From assembly GCA_027604505.1 (NCBI GenBank), contig JADIIX010000125.1, positions 45,874-65,873 of the forward strand: a stretch of 20,000 nucleotides of DNA, given 5' to 3'. Numbering within the stretch: position 1 is the first letter of the stretch; the number at the start of each line of letters is the position of its first letter. The notes under the pieces are model-generated. The model worked only from the letters and a program-made list of their open reading frames with translations. It was not told the DNA's origin and did not search any database. Made by a program: the position numbers and the translations under genes. The stretch comes from Gonapodya sp. JEL0774 (taxonomy: Eukaryota). Positions 1 through 11,264 of this stretch are shown here, piece after piece.

Positions 1-83
1 CCGTCTCTCAGTAAAGTTTCCACTTGTTCCAGCCGTCCCTTCTCGATTTCTTCGATGAGCCGTCCGTTCAGATCGTCATCCAT
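1..83 (-). CDS. 5' end of an ankyrin-repeat-like protein, tandem paralogue of the 472-2730 gene (runs off the window edge)
   Basis: ATG at 83 translates as MDDDLNGRLIEEIEKGRLEQVETLLRD(G). This aligns with the neighbour's N-terminus MAESPNFRLIEGVETGRLDIVEAALRDG. It is absent from the ORF track because it is truncated. Confidence 0.8.
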   Translation of the reverse strand, partial: MDDDLNGRLIEEIEKGRLEQVETLLRD

Positions 84-471
84 CCCGGACTACCTTTCCT
101 CGCAAAGATGGAGCGCGTATCACACTTCCCTGCTACGGTAGCTGGTAATTCTTGCTGTGGAGCGACACGCTCCGGCTGGATTTGATGTTTATTTCTTGAT
201 CAATACGTAGCTGGGGGTTTGATAGTTTTGAATGAAGTCACCAGGTCTCGGTCTCGCGGTGCATTTTGCATCCGCGTTTGCTGTGAACCAAGCAAAATCT
301 GAATGCATAAACCCCCGAACAGAACGTACAAATAGATCACAAAACAAAACAGTACGAAAAACGTCCATATACAACAAATACGAGTGGGGGCCAGGAATAG
401 AGTTGCCGGGCTACGTAGCTCACGCCCCATCTCTCTCACATGCAACCAAAGACAAGCATTCCCAATTTGCC

Positions 472-2730
472 TCATCCAAAGAGCTCTCCGGAAGTGCCTG
501 TTGCAAGACGCTCAGGTGTGGGTGGTTCGGAGGGCGGAGGTGTTGGAGGAGCATGGGACACAGAACTTCGGGGTCGAATGATCGGCGTGGAGCTGCGGCG
601 CACGTGCACCTCACTCGGCAATTCGAAGTGTGGATGAAATGGTGGCCCGGGGCTTTGACCAGGTGAGGCAAAGGGGAAGAAGCCATACGTCATGGCGAAA
701 GCAATAGCCTATGCAGATAAGAATCGTTGCGTCGAATTGATCGCCTTCTGAGGGTGAACGACCCTTTCACAATTCACTCACCCATTCCTCATTGCATTCG
801 CACTCTTCCGTGGTTCGCCGTTCATCTGGCGTCTTGGAAGTATTATTGGAAGTAGTAGAATCAACCGTACGTTCTCTTCTAATCCTGGGGATGCGTGGCC
901 TCGGTGCTCGTTTATTATGTCCAATTGAAGCCGAACGAACAAGCGACGAAGATGGGTGTAGTTCCGTGACACCAGGTTGGCTCGGATGGTTCTGAGGATG
1001 GAGAGGAACGCTCAATGCCGACACCGTATCATGTGTCGACGATTCTGCGAGCGAGAAAGCAGTCACTTCCGTTGGTGAAGCAAGTATAGAGGATGGAGTA
1101 TCTGGCGGTCGGTGTGCAGGAGATTTTGGCGTCGCCGATAACTCCTCTCGCATTCCCGTATCCTCTCCCGGAGAGTCTCGTCCGTACGAGCACTGCACAT
1201 CACCATGAATGCTGTTGGACTTGGTTGGCGATGTTTCAACGCGGATGGCAGGAATATCAATGGGCATTACGCCGCCCAAAGAATCTTGTCTTCGCATTGG
1301 GGTTCTTCTGACCACACGAGGCGATGCACCATTTGATCGTATTGAATTACGGCGAGGGATATCCGAGGGTCCTGTTCGAGAAATTTCAGGTGCGGCCGAT
1401 GCCGGCGATCGTGCGGTTGAGCTGTCATTCTGACTTTTCACAGATAGCTCAGGCCGCGAATCAGCGAGAGTTGATTGCGTCGAGAGCATGACATCTGAAC
1501 GAGACGGCAAGAATTTCTCCCGCGCACTCGCCTCCTCTAGTTTTCTCTCAAGTTCCACCATCCGCGTGGTGATCGCATGATTCTCAGCTTCCAGTTCCGA
1601 AACCCTGTCTGTTCGTTTCCGCAGCTCAGCGTCTAGTGACGTTGTTTTCTCAACCAGCTCTTTGATAAATTCAAGTTGCCGATAGAGAACTTGTGCGTCA
1701 AGTTTCTTCTGTAGAGCCTCGCAATGTCTTTGTAGCTCCCCAATATGTTGTACGAGCTCCGTGATTTGTTGCCGCTGCTGTGTGTTGGCAGCGTGCTGCT
1801 CTTTGTTGAACCGCTGTTGTTCTGCCAAAGAAGATGCAAGCTTGGCAACAGAAAACTCCGAGTACGCAGGTAGAGAACTTGAGCGCAAAAGAGAAGGAGG
1901 CCGGGTGCTGTTGGGCGACTTAGAAGGACGTTGAGAATGTTGAATATGCTCCTCCAGAAGATGCAAAAATGAAGGAGTCGGTTCCATCTCCTTCCCGAAA
2001 GCGTCCCTCCCGTGACTCAAATTATGGGCGAGCTCCAACGTCTTTGTAGAGACTTGAGCACCATGCTGGAGCAAGAGACGAACAATATCGAGGCTGGGTT
2101 GGAGGGAGAATGACTGGCAAGCCTGCGAAACCGACAGACAAGGATCGTGATCGGGTTCCTTTCGTTCCTGCCAGAACGCATACGGCACACAAACCTCACT
2201 AGAAGACTTCGGGTGGTTAATGACTACAGATGGTCCATTGAAATTAAATTTCAGTGGACCTCCTGCCACCATCGCGAAGTCCAGAGCATTCACAAAGGGT
2301 GAAGTTCCACCGGCTGGGAACTTCCACCTTTCCCGCTCCCATTTTGCCTGTGTCCACATCTCCCAGGATCCCGGAATTAGCCATGAGACTGGACGGTTGA
2401 TATCACAGCCTAATGTAAAAGTAGCAATGTCGTCACGTGGATGATTGGCTCTCAGCCAACCGCTAGACCAAAAGGAGCTTGGGACTCACCCGCCTCGACC
2501 AGCGCCCGCACAATATCTACCCGTGCACTCCTAATGGCAAGTACAATCGCTACTTCGCAGTTCTGAGTGTCCGTTTTCTTTAGTTCCCTCTCGTCTTCCA
2601 CCATTCGAATGACAAGCGACACTCTCTTCGTGCAGTTTGGACTCCCACCGTCCCTTAAGGCAGCCTCGACGATATCAAGTCGTCCGGTCTCCACGCCCTC
2701 AATCAATCGGAAGTTGGGACTCTCCGCCAT
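472..2730 (-). CDS. Divergent ankyrin-repeat protein with central coiled coil and Ser/Pro-rich disordered tail (~701 aa, 3 exons)
   Basis: Exons are 2730-2490, 2409-782 and 708-472 (2106 nt, in frame). Both introns have GTGAGT donors and TAG acceptors. Ankyrin-like segments: GRLDIVEAALRDGGSPN, AIVLAIRSARVDIVRALVEAG|CDINRP and LDIVRLLLQHGAQV. A heptad-rich Q/E/L helix lies at ~1540-1850. Confidence 0.8.
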
Positions 2731-3314
2731 CGGAACGCTCAGGAGTCAGAGCTACTCAGAGAATGCACTGAAATAAAGACCCTCCCCTGCGAAGTATCCA
2801 GATCTTTTGATGAAAGAGGAATATGCTTCCCATCCACTGGAAATCAGGAATGGATGGGGCAATGGCCCCCAGAACCGGCAGAGCGATATTTCCAAATTCG
2901 TGGACAAGAGTCCTCCTTTTTGTCAGGGGGTCCAAAACAAAATCGCACCTGATCTCGAATGGACGCACTTGGTTCTGCTTGTGTACTGTTTCTCCTCATG
3001 GAGTTCATTGCAGTTTACTCCAAAAGAATTCTTGTTCATTTTGTCAACATGCAAATCAAACCCTCCCTATTCATGAACTATTCCTCCATCTCCATCTGTG
3101 TGCCTGTTCTGCCAGTAGCCTTACTGCATCGTAAGAGAAATTAACAATGCAAACTTTGTTGAATAGTGACTTCAGCTGAATTCACCTATTCTACCAATTC
3201 TCCGAACCCTGTGACAACCTTGTCTACCACATCTCCGATACCGCTTACCAAAGAACTATGTAGTAAAGGCCCAACTGAGCTGCTTTTAAGATCGCGAGTG
3301 AAAAAGCAATGGTC

Positions 3315-4073
3315 TTACATGATCGCTTCAGCCGATTGATCCTCCCTCACCCTATCCATGGTTTGCTCTACTGGTTTCAAAATGCTCAAGGCAGTGGGCT
3401 CTCCCACTCCCAAGTTTGTCTCAGCTTCATTTGCCCTGCGCTCAACTGAGACAGTCGTTGGTGCGGCGGTCTCCTTCTCTGCCCCGCGCTCAGGTGAGAC
3501 ATTAGTCGGTGCGGCGAGCTCAGCAAGACCACGAGACCCAAGTGAGAACGCCATGGGCGGAAGGACATGTGGATTTACCTGGTGTTTCGACATAATGGCT
3601 ACTTAAAGTATCTGTGGTGTGAGGGGTACTTTGCCTGCGATCTCTCACCAGCGTGTTCCCGGAGGCAATCGATTTATACCTCGCCTTTCCTGAGTCAGTC
3701 ACCGGTTTGATTCCTTCGCCGCCTGTCTGCTGGACCTCCGGGTCCAGTGAAACGTCGCCCTTAGCGACAGCAGCGCTGGAAGATTGTGTATAAAAGATGA
3801 CGTCAGAGCACCAACCCGAGTAACGACATTTTCTAATCCTGGAACTACTTACTAAGTGACGCCCTCGACTGGCATATGTGGCTCTATTTCAGTCTCGCCT
3901 TTCGTTTGCTGCGCTTGAGTCATACTTTCCTGTGTTTGGAGCGTGGAAACGGAGAAGGTTGGGGCAGGAATGGCCCTCGCAGAATCCGGAACTTCCGTCG
4001 AGTCGAGCGGGGGATACGCCGCATGTAGTGGAGGGAAATCTGAAGGCATGGAGGTCGGCGGTGACGTGGACAT
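3315..4073 (-). CDS. Hypothetical low-complexity (S/T/P/E-rich) protein, tentative 3-exon model (~193 aa); 3' end uncertain
   Basis: Exons 4073-3853, 3775-3579 and 3478-3315 join three short ORFs in phase. Intron 1 is GTAAGT...CTGAC...CAG and intron 2 is GTAAAT...CTAAT...CAG. No recognisable domain. Further donor-like sites downstream could extend the gene. Confidence 0.4.
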
Positions 4074-4310
4074 TGTAATTGGAAATCGCAGGAGTGGCGC
4101 ACATAGTACCTCGTAGAATTTTCATGGACACCTCTTCCATTGAGTGCTATGCCAAAGAATATGTAATACAGAATACAGGGGTACAGGAATTCGGTGGTAA
4201 TCGTTTATAATTCACACGAAAGAATGTGCGACTTCCACCAAAAGTCATGCTAAGCCGTCAAGGACCAAGTCAAAATCAAACGTGGTGGGGACATCTCCTC
4301 ATTCAATTTA

Positions 4311-6575
4311 TTATCTTCGCTGCGCAGCACCTCCGTTTTGCTTTTTCCTGACATCCAGCTCATGTGAGGGGGTGTAAATCGGCAAGCTGGAAAACAAACA
4401 TTCCCAGGCAGAAACTGAATAGGTCGAAACACTACGACAACCAAAGCTGCAACCTACCTTCCAATCTCGGTCTCCTTCCCACCCTTGTCAGAGAACCACC
4501 AGTGTTTCAAACATTCCTCGGCTGTGGACCTCCTCTCGGGGTTCACCTCCAGCAACCCGCTTAACAACTCTACGACCCCTTTCCCGAACCGCCCGAATCT
4601 CTCTCTGATCATACTACGGCGATACTCCAGGTTAATGATATCGGGATTACGACGAAAGAGGGGGAGACTCCGGAATCCGGGCCAGTAATCGTCCGTTGGG
4701 GTTCCAGTGGTGAGAAATATGCAGGTCAGCTGGTCGAGATCGTCGCGCCCGGGGAAGATGGGTTTTCTGCAAAGAAGTTCACCGAAAACGCAACTAAAGC
4801 GAGCAATTTTGGAGACATGGGAAAGAGCAGTCAATTGCCACCAATGCCAGTCGTGCAATAAAATACTGTTAACAAACGTACCCAACCCCCCACATATCCA
4901 CTGCTTGGTCATATTTGGTGCTCTCCATCAACAGCTCAGGAGGCCTATACCATCGAGTCACGACTTGATCCGTGTATTCTCGATTTCGGTCAGACGAGTC
5001 AAGCGGTCGTGCCAAACCGAAGTCTGCAAGCTTCAAAAGGCCAGAGTCGGAGACGAGGATGTTGGCGGCTGGCGCATAGTTGAGGGTCGGGAATTCAATT
5101 GATTAAGTCACCTTCAGAGCCAATACTCGTCCAAAAGAGGTTGAATTGAAGATTATAACTGCATATCAGTCCATGGGGATCTGTCATGGCTACAAAACTG
5201 AGTTGCCAGATTTGGTGACCATCTGAGTCTTTCGATCACACCGAACTGCACAACATCTCACATCCAGATTGTCCCGGCAACGATGTCATTCGCAAAATCA
5301 TACTCACTCTTGATATCACGATGCATGACATTGTTTGCATGCAAATACTTCATTCCTTCCATCACCTGCCTCATATACATCTTGACTTGCGCCAAATCCA
5401 TTTCCACCTCTGGGTTCTCCAAAAGTCCAGCCAGATCGTGAGGGTAATAGTCAAAAACCATGTGGACATCACCACGAGTGCGAGAGGAGCGGGAGGAAGG
5501 AGATACAGCAATGGAGAGGAGGCGAAGGATGTTTGGGTGTCGGAGGGATTTTAAAAGAGAAAGCTCGCGTAAGGCGGTGACAGGAAACTGCAGAGAGATA
5601 CCACAAAATGGGGGATCCAGTCAGTACAACGAATCAAATGGCTCTCCCTCGCACCGAACATCAATTTTGGAGTTTCCGACTGCACACCCACGTATCACCT
5701 GAAAGCAATCCGGATTATCAGAACCGATGACCACCACGAACATCAGACGCAATCTGCTGGCCCTCCCCATCTCCCACCAACTACAAGATATTGCAGCTTC
5801 CCCACTAGTGCATTCACACATTGTGTGTAGAGACCGTTAACTAGTAGCAAGCACTCACCCCATCTTTTGAGTTTTCCGGAATAATAATCCGTTTCAACGC
5901 GACCATTCTGCCAGTCGATTTTTCCTTGCCAACTCTTACAACGCCGAAAGTTCCCTCACCAACCGTATCGAAGAGGTCGTAGTCAGATACAGGCGTGACG
6001 CCAATCAGCGGGGGAAAGTCAGTGGCTACCGGCGCTGAGGCCCCGGAGGGTATGTGGTTTCCATTCTGATTGCTTTGAGCAAAACCAGAAATAGATGAGT
6101 CCGTGGCACCAACACCAGCGCCTGGTCCTTCATAAGGAGGTGAGTATGGTAGCTCGCCCTCTTCTGCGTCCGGAAACTCGCGGCCATCTCCCTTGTGGTA
6201 GTCCTCCTCGATCGCCTCACCCTCTTCGCCTTCTTCTGACCCGTCTCGCTTCTTTCTTTGATCTCCAGATTCCGAACCAGTGTTCTTCCAAAGATCATCT
6301 GGGAGTGGGGAGAACGAGTATTCATCCGCACCGTCCGCATCATTGTCACGGACTGCTCGCCTCTCAGGAGCGTTCGGTCGCGGTGGCAGTGGAGCAGAGG
6401 AGTCCTCGATCCATGCTGAGTTGAATCCTGAGGAGGAGGGGCCACTTTCTTCGTTTGCGAGGTTCGGCGAAGACGAGGGAGGATCCTGACGCGGACGCTT
6501 TGCATCCGATGACAAAGAGTCCGAGGTGGCGGCTAGCGGTCGCTTGCGAGAAGCAGCGGCATTTTCTGACTCCAT
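4311..6575 (-). CDS. BUR1: BUR1/SGV1 (CDK9-type) cyclin-dependent Ser/Thr kinase, ~531 aa, 5 exons
   Basis: Exons are 6575-5859, 5587-5308, 5068-4882, 4793-4458 and 4386-4311 (1596 nt), all GT-AG and in phase. Motifs: [23 protein letters not shown] (PITALRE-like), [55 protein letters not shown], and a C-terminal [11 protein letters not shown] typical of fungal Bur1. Confidence 0.88.
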
Positions 6576-6797
6576 CAGCTCGGCTTGAAGGGGATTATTT
6601 ATGGTTGAGACCAACTCTTCTCAGTGACTCGATTGTACTTGTTCGACGACGATGAGCCGAGTTTTCACACAGTTGTGTGTTACTTCACAGCAAATTCCTC
6701 GTTTTGTTCCTGGCGCCAGTGTGTTGATGTGATTGGGTTTCCAAGTGAAATCAGGCGAAAGGTTCATCACCCTGCCTTCAAGTTGCCGTGGCCGGAC

Positions 6798-6836
6798 GGG
6801 GGGGGNNNNNNNNNNCCCCCCCCCCCCCCCCCCCCC
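6798..6836. other. Scaffold gap (10 N, 6806-6815) between a G run and a C run
   Basis: Seen directly: G8 at 6798-6805, N10, then C21 at 6816-6836. Confidence 0.95.
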
Positions 6837-7555
6837 GCGGCGCGCGGGACAAAATCACTTCACGATGAATGAAGTTTGAACTTGGACGCTCATCAGCTGG
6901 CTTATGTAGCTCCTTTCATTCTTGAGATGCGATAATTGCTCCTCAAGTTTACTCTTGGAAGCTCACTGCCTTTGCGCTTGTACTCTCTCTCATCCTTTGT
7001 GAAGCGACAGCCGCCGACATCTTCTAGGAAGACACTCGTGAATGCAAGCACTCCTGAAACAAGCTTGGACTGTACTGCAGTCGCATCCAACCAGTGTTAC
7101 AGTAGAGCAGGCCGATTGTGACTCAGCATGGCTTTCTAGGGGAATGTCATCCTGTGATGACCACCGTTTCTGGGAACCAGCAATGAAGCAATCTCATAAG
7201 GGTACTCAAAGTCTCTGACTTTGTGTTTACCTCTTCTTACATTGCGGAACAGACAACTGCACAATCCAGATACGTGGACTGTCCCTTCTCACGATCCCCG
7301 ACCTCCAGAGATGACCTCTATTTATTACCTCATTTTCTGCCACAGTTCCTCCTCTCTACTCTCCTTTGCTCTCCTTTTTATATGAGCCAGACGATGCTAC
7401 AACATTCAGTGTGTCGACGGTCAAAGAAATCTATTAAAGTAGTCCGACACTTATATAGGTGTCCGTTAAGTTACGTATGCAGTTCAGTTTCATGGTGCAA
7501 AACGGCTTCTTTTCCATGCATTGTTATAACCGCAATATTTGCTTTCTTTACCACA

Positions 7556-10295
7556 TCATGCTTGTTGCGCCAAGAATCCAGCCAAGAGAGACAAAGATAC
7601 CGTCACAAGTAGCGAGGGAAATGTGGCGGGAAGTGCACCACTCGTGGGTAAACTCGTTGACGAAACTTTTGCGGCTGCTGGTGCTGCCGGAGACGTAGAT
7701 ACGGCAGCAGCTGGAGAGGTTGTTGTCAGGAGGATTTGAGGAGGGCTAGAGGTCACTGGGGCTGGGGCTGGGGCTGGGGCAGAGGACAGAGGCGCTGCAG
7801 TAGATGATGCGGGAGGAGGAGCCATGGGCACGATATTTGGTCCTGCAAAAGATCCATTGCCTGCATTGAGGCTGACGAAACGTCCACTATTACAACACAA
7901 GGGAATGATATTCGGTGTGTTGATAGGCGGGTCCTGTCGAAATCTGCCGGGGAACCCACTTGGTAACAGGGATCCGATCCAGTGGTAGGTCCGCCCTGAA
8001 TGCAGCGGCAACTGTCGGCTCCACGGTATAGCCTGGAAAGACACAATCCGTTTATTTGATTACGGAGGAAATAGAGCCAAGAACCGGGGACTCCTTTTTC
8101 TCACCAAAATCAATGGTCACGCCAGGTAGTGTATCCTCTCTGGAAACATTTGAGTGAGATCGTAGGAGTTAGTTTTCAGTCTTTGAAGCCCCTGCGCAAA
8201 ACACCTACTCACTTGACGAACTCGAACGTCCACGAGTACTGGTACATGGGGAATTGGTCGAAAATTGCGGCAGAAACGGTCTGTCTCCACCACGCCTGTT
8301 TCACTTGCAGCCAGGTTGGTGAGTCGGGGGTCTTTCCAAGAAGGCCTGGGTTTATGCCTAGGACGATTTTGTATTTTGTATGCGCGTCGGCTGGTACCAC
8401 AGCACAAACTGGAGAGTTCCTCACCCATCACACTTGTCTCGGCCAGGGCGAATGGCTTGTTCTTGTTCGCGGCGTAAAGATCGTAGAAGCTCGGTGCAAC
8501 TACAGTGATGTTGTCAATAGGGTCGATTCCTCGGATCGAGTTGTTGAAAATGTTAGGTTGGGGTAGAGACCCATCGCTGCGCGGTTCGAATTTGAAGAAA
8601 CACAAAACCGGTTAAAATGACCACACAAAACAATTTTGATTCCTATGAGCGACCGAGGACTAACCCAACTGGAGCAAACACATTGAAATGAGTTGTTCAT
8701 TGAAAGACACCAGTCAGTAGTTGCGTTTGGGCAGGACGTTGCGACAAGCGGCACCGCACTTACAAGCCGACGATCCCGTGTAATATATGCTCAGACCAAC
8801 AATGTCGACCACATCGTCACCAGGATAAAAGGGGAGATCTTACCGTGGAGTTCGCAGAAGTTGGGTCACACTCTTGCGAAGCAGTCACGCGGAAGGGAAG
8901 TCAGGAAACTCACAAGGTTCGTCTCCATAGTCGATTAGGCCATTTCCATTTGAGTCAAGCAAGGCAACTTCGGTCTGAGGAGAAATACAATCGGAAACCA
9001 AAGCGGTGTGAACAAATCACACTCCGAACCCAACATCATCGGGGCTTCCTTTCCTTCCAACATCTTTCTTCGCTCGTTTCAAGCCGGTTTTGACACATCC
9101 CTGGCACCCGACTCACCATGTTCAACTTTGCGTAGTCTGGGTGCTCAGCCAGCCACTCGGCGCTGGTATAGTTCACGTCGATTCCCCAGGGGAACGACGT
9201 TCCGACTTGCGGGGCCCACAACAGTGCCGTGGTGTTGCATGTGGGACATGCTTGGACGGCCAGAGCTACGGCGCGGAAGGCGGCGCGATAGAAAGTGGGT
9301 CGCCATGCCCAGGTGGACCACCTGTTCGGACGAGTGCACGCGGAAGAGAGACAAAGGTGAGATACATGGTTATCCCCAAGACATGGCACACTGATCCACA
9401 CGATGGTCGGAACTTGAACGGGGGATCCTTTTTCGTGGGAGGGGAAGCCAAAATGTCAATCGTACTCACCATCCGTTCATTTCTGGACAAAATATCAAAG
9501 GAGGTGAGGCCAAATGCCCGTAGCAAGTACACATAGATCAGCACACATGCATTCAAACAGGAATGGGGTTGTCTGGCCTCGGCTAACTCACCGTGCGCGA
9601 ACCTCAAAATCACGGGCACACCCAACTCGTTCAACTTCTTCACCATTTCCACCACATCCGGTACGGACGTTCCGTCGTTCAACGTGGAGTCGTACAGTGC
9701 CGCCACCGATGACGGTTCCAACGTTATGGTCATGATGCCGTTCTCAGGGAACGGTTTGGTCTCCACGGTTTTGTTGATGAAGAGTTTGGCAGTTTCGTCG
9801 AGGGGGAAGGGGAGGAAGATGGAGAAAAGAGGGAGGTCGAGGCCGAGTCGACGGGATACATTGATGGGCTGTGGTGTCGATGAGGAATTGTGTTGGTCAA
9901 GAAGCACGGGGCGATGAAAAACATTCTGCATGTCCACTCACCTGGTCCCAGTCCCAGTCGACTTAGGGAGTGGGTCATCCGGGGGATAAAGAAGTGGTTG
10001 AATTGGGTTGGTTGGATATATTACATATTAGTCAGTGATGTGGCGACACTACATCCAGCCAGCCACAACCACCGGGAACCACGATAACAAGGAAGCTCGA
10101 CTCACGATGAGCCCCAAGGAGAACCTGGTTGCCCTTGGGAAGGGGAATCGGGTTGGGACGTGACACGTTGGCGGCCGAAACGTTTGCCCAAGCGATTGGT
10201 CCAGCGAGGACGACCACGGGGGGCAGGATCACCATCACAACCACCAATACCGCAACGGCGATCCCGAACCGCGCTCGAGGGAGTCGCTGGGACAT
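7556..10295 (-). CDS. Glycoside hydrolase family 26 (beta-mannanase/beta-glucanase-like) with signal peptide, S/T/P/A stalk and GPI-like hydrophobic C-terminus, ~521 aa, 13 exons
   Basis: Exons: 10295-10106, 9961-9942, 9868-9592, 9482-9470, 9321-9117, 8974-8914, 8838-8764, 8668-8665, 8576-8425, 8357-8213, 8139-8105, 8032-7960, 7871-7556 (1566 nt, in frame). GH26 motifs: VILRFAHEMNGWW (acid/base Glu), LLWAP, YLPFYPGDDVVDIVGLSIY, NKPFALAETS (nucleophile Glu), KQAWWRQ. Hydrophobic N-terminus; tail ...LLVTVSLSLLAGFLAQQA. Confidence 0.88.
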
Positions 10296-11264
10296 CGTGT
10301 GGTGGATGCGCGAAGATGAATTAGTCGGGGAAAACGGACAGTGGTGTTCTCGGAAAGGGTCAAGAATCCCTGGCTGACCTCGGAGGGACAGATCGTGTTT
10401 TTTTCTCTAGGGCGAGCAAAACAGTTGGTCGAACTTTGTTTCATTTCGAAATGCAGGCGATTGACGCATACATAAAACGTTATCCTGTACTACATGCTAC
10501 ATTACATAAATGAGAAACGCTTTTAGTTTTTCTTTCTGACCTGTGGTGTATTACTATCCTTGAGGAGAGCTGACGCCTGCCTGTTTAGTTCGCAGTCACC
10601 GACGTTCGTCGTTGTTCAACTTCTGGGACAGTCAAACAGTGTCCGCGCCCCCCTCAATGTGACCCGCAACGCTACTTCTCCACTGACGCATGACGTTGAT
10701 GTTTTGGGCGAACAATACACCACTTCCCGTTCCTATGTCCGTTGTTTGGGGCTGGCTTGTCTGCAGGTATGACATGACCACAGCAATGCGAAGACACCAA
10801 GCACCTGCAACATCCAACAGCCGGACCATCTTCGTCCCCGTATTCAAAGGAGAGAGCTTCATGGTGTTTTGAAATTGAGTGTCCGTGAGTGGACGCTGCT
10901 CGTCGCTTCACGAATACCACTGGGTGGAGGTTGGGTACAAACACCGAGACGGGGTGGAGGAACCATGGATGCCGGGACACATCCATCCCTATATTCATGG
11001 GAGACAGTTGCAAGCCACTGCATGCATGGGAGTGACGTTTGTGGCTCCCCTTTCCTCCGGGGATAGGCTATACTTGGAAACCTCGAACGGCTCCTTATTA
11101 CGCTTTGCACTGAAAATGTCACACGGATGCTAAGACGCAAGAATGCTGGATTGTGTACCAGCTGCATCAACCAACCCTCCAACGGAAGGCAATCGACTAC
11201 AATGTTTGTTTTCTTGTTCGCTCCTGCAGAAGCAAGGTTCTCTCACTTCCTTTTTGATATTTGC

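Noticed and set aside
2756..3314. Further microexons extending the 3315-4073 gene (donor-like GTAAGA, GTAAGC, GTAAGG)
   Set aside because: Candidate chains soon hit stops and give no recognisable protein, so they cannot be supported without RNA data.
6840..7550. Short ORFs (6902-7090, 7223-7612) and a lone TIR-like word at ~7140
   Set aside because: The ORFs have non-ATG starts and no motifs, and no partner inverted repeat was found.
7756..7780. (GGGGCT)n repeat
   Set aside because: It simply encodes the APAPAPAP linker of the GH26 stalk.
10450..11260. Possible small spliced gene between the GH26 and coiled-coil genes
   Set aside because: Isolated splice-like sites exist, but I could not build a consistent in-frame model or recognise a domain.
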